From NCBI GenBank assembly GCA_030390025.1, contig CM059432.1:79858001-79922000 (forward strand): a stretch of 64,000 nt of DNA. Reading direction: 5' to 3'. Positions 63,875-64,000 of the stretch are shown one piece after another. Position 1 is the stretch's first letter. Every line of letters starts with the position of its first letter. A model generated the notes under the pieces. It was not told where the DNA came from. It searched no databases and worked only from the letters and a program-made list of their open reading frames with translations. The translations under genes and the position numbers were made by a program. Origin of the DNA: Squalus acanthias (taxonomy: Eukaryota).

Positions 63875-64000
63875 CTGTGTCAGGATAAAAAAAATATCAC
63901 ATCATGCTGATCCTGCATATTTCTAAAAGATATGCTTACATCTGTGTATCAGAGACTTAATTAGAATTACTTTTCATTTACGGAAGTGAAGTTAGCTGTG

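Overview
Vertebrate, AT-rich, repeat-dense genomic DNA. The repeat set (CR1, L2, Deu-domain SINE, Penelope, Harbinger-type MITEs) looks like a cartilaginous fish; this is an inference and the species cannot be fixed from sequence alone. The only protein-coding gene is the 3' part of ARFGEF1 (BIG1, Sec7-family ARF GEF) on the minus strand. Ten phase-compatible GT-AG coding exons run from 63874 to the stop at 13034, followed by a 3'UTR of about 1.4 kb with three AATAAA signals. Almost all other ORFs in the track are transposon fragments or their antisense shadows. The most unusual structure is a Penelope-like insertion at 8703-10153. It is a 673-bp near-perfect head-to-head inverted duplication with a 12-bp TSD, a GIY-YIG ORF and a hammerhead-ribozyme-like motif in each arm, and a 36-nt tail on one arm only. 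It sits about 1.5 kb past the ARFGEF1 poly(A) signals. A second Penelope family forms miniature versions of the same fold-back architecture (50855-51083, with decayed pairs at 14351 and 19290). Family names and human-protein comparisons are from recall, not from database searches. TE boundaries without a TSD are approximate.
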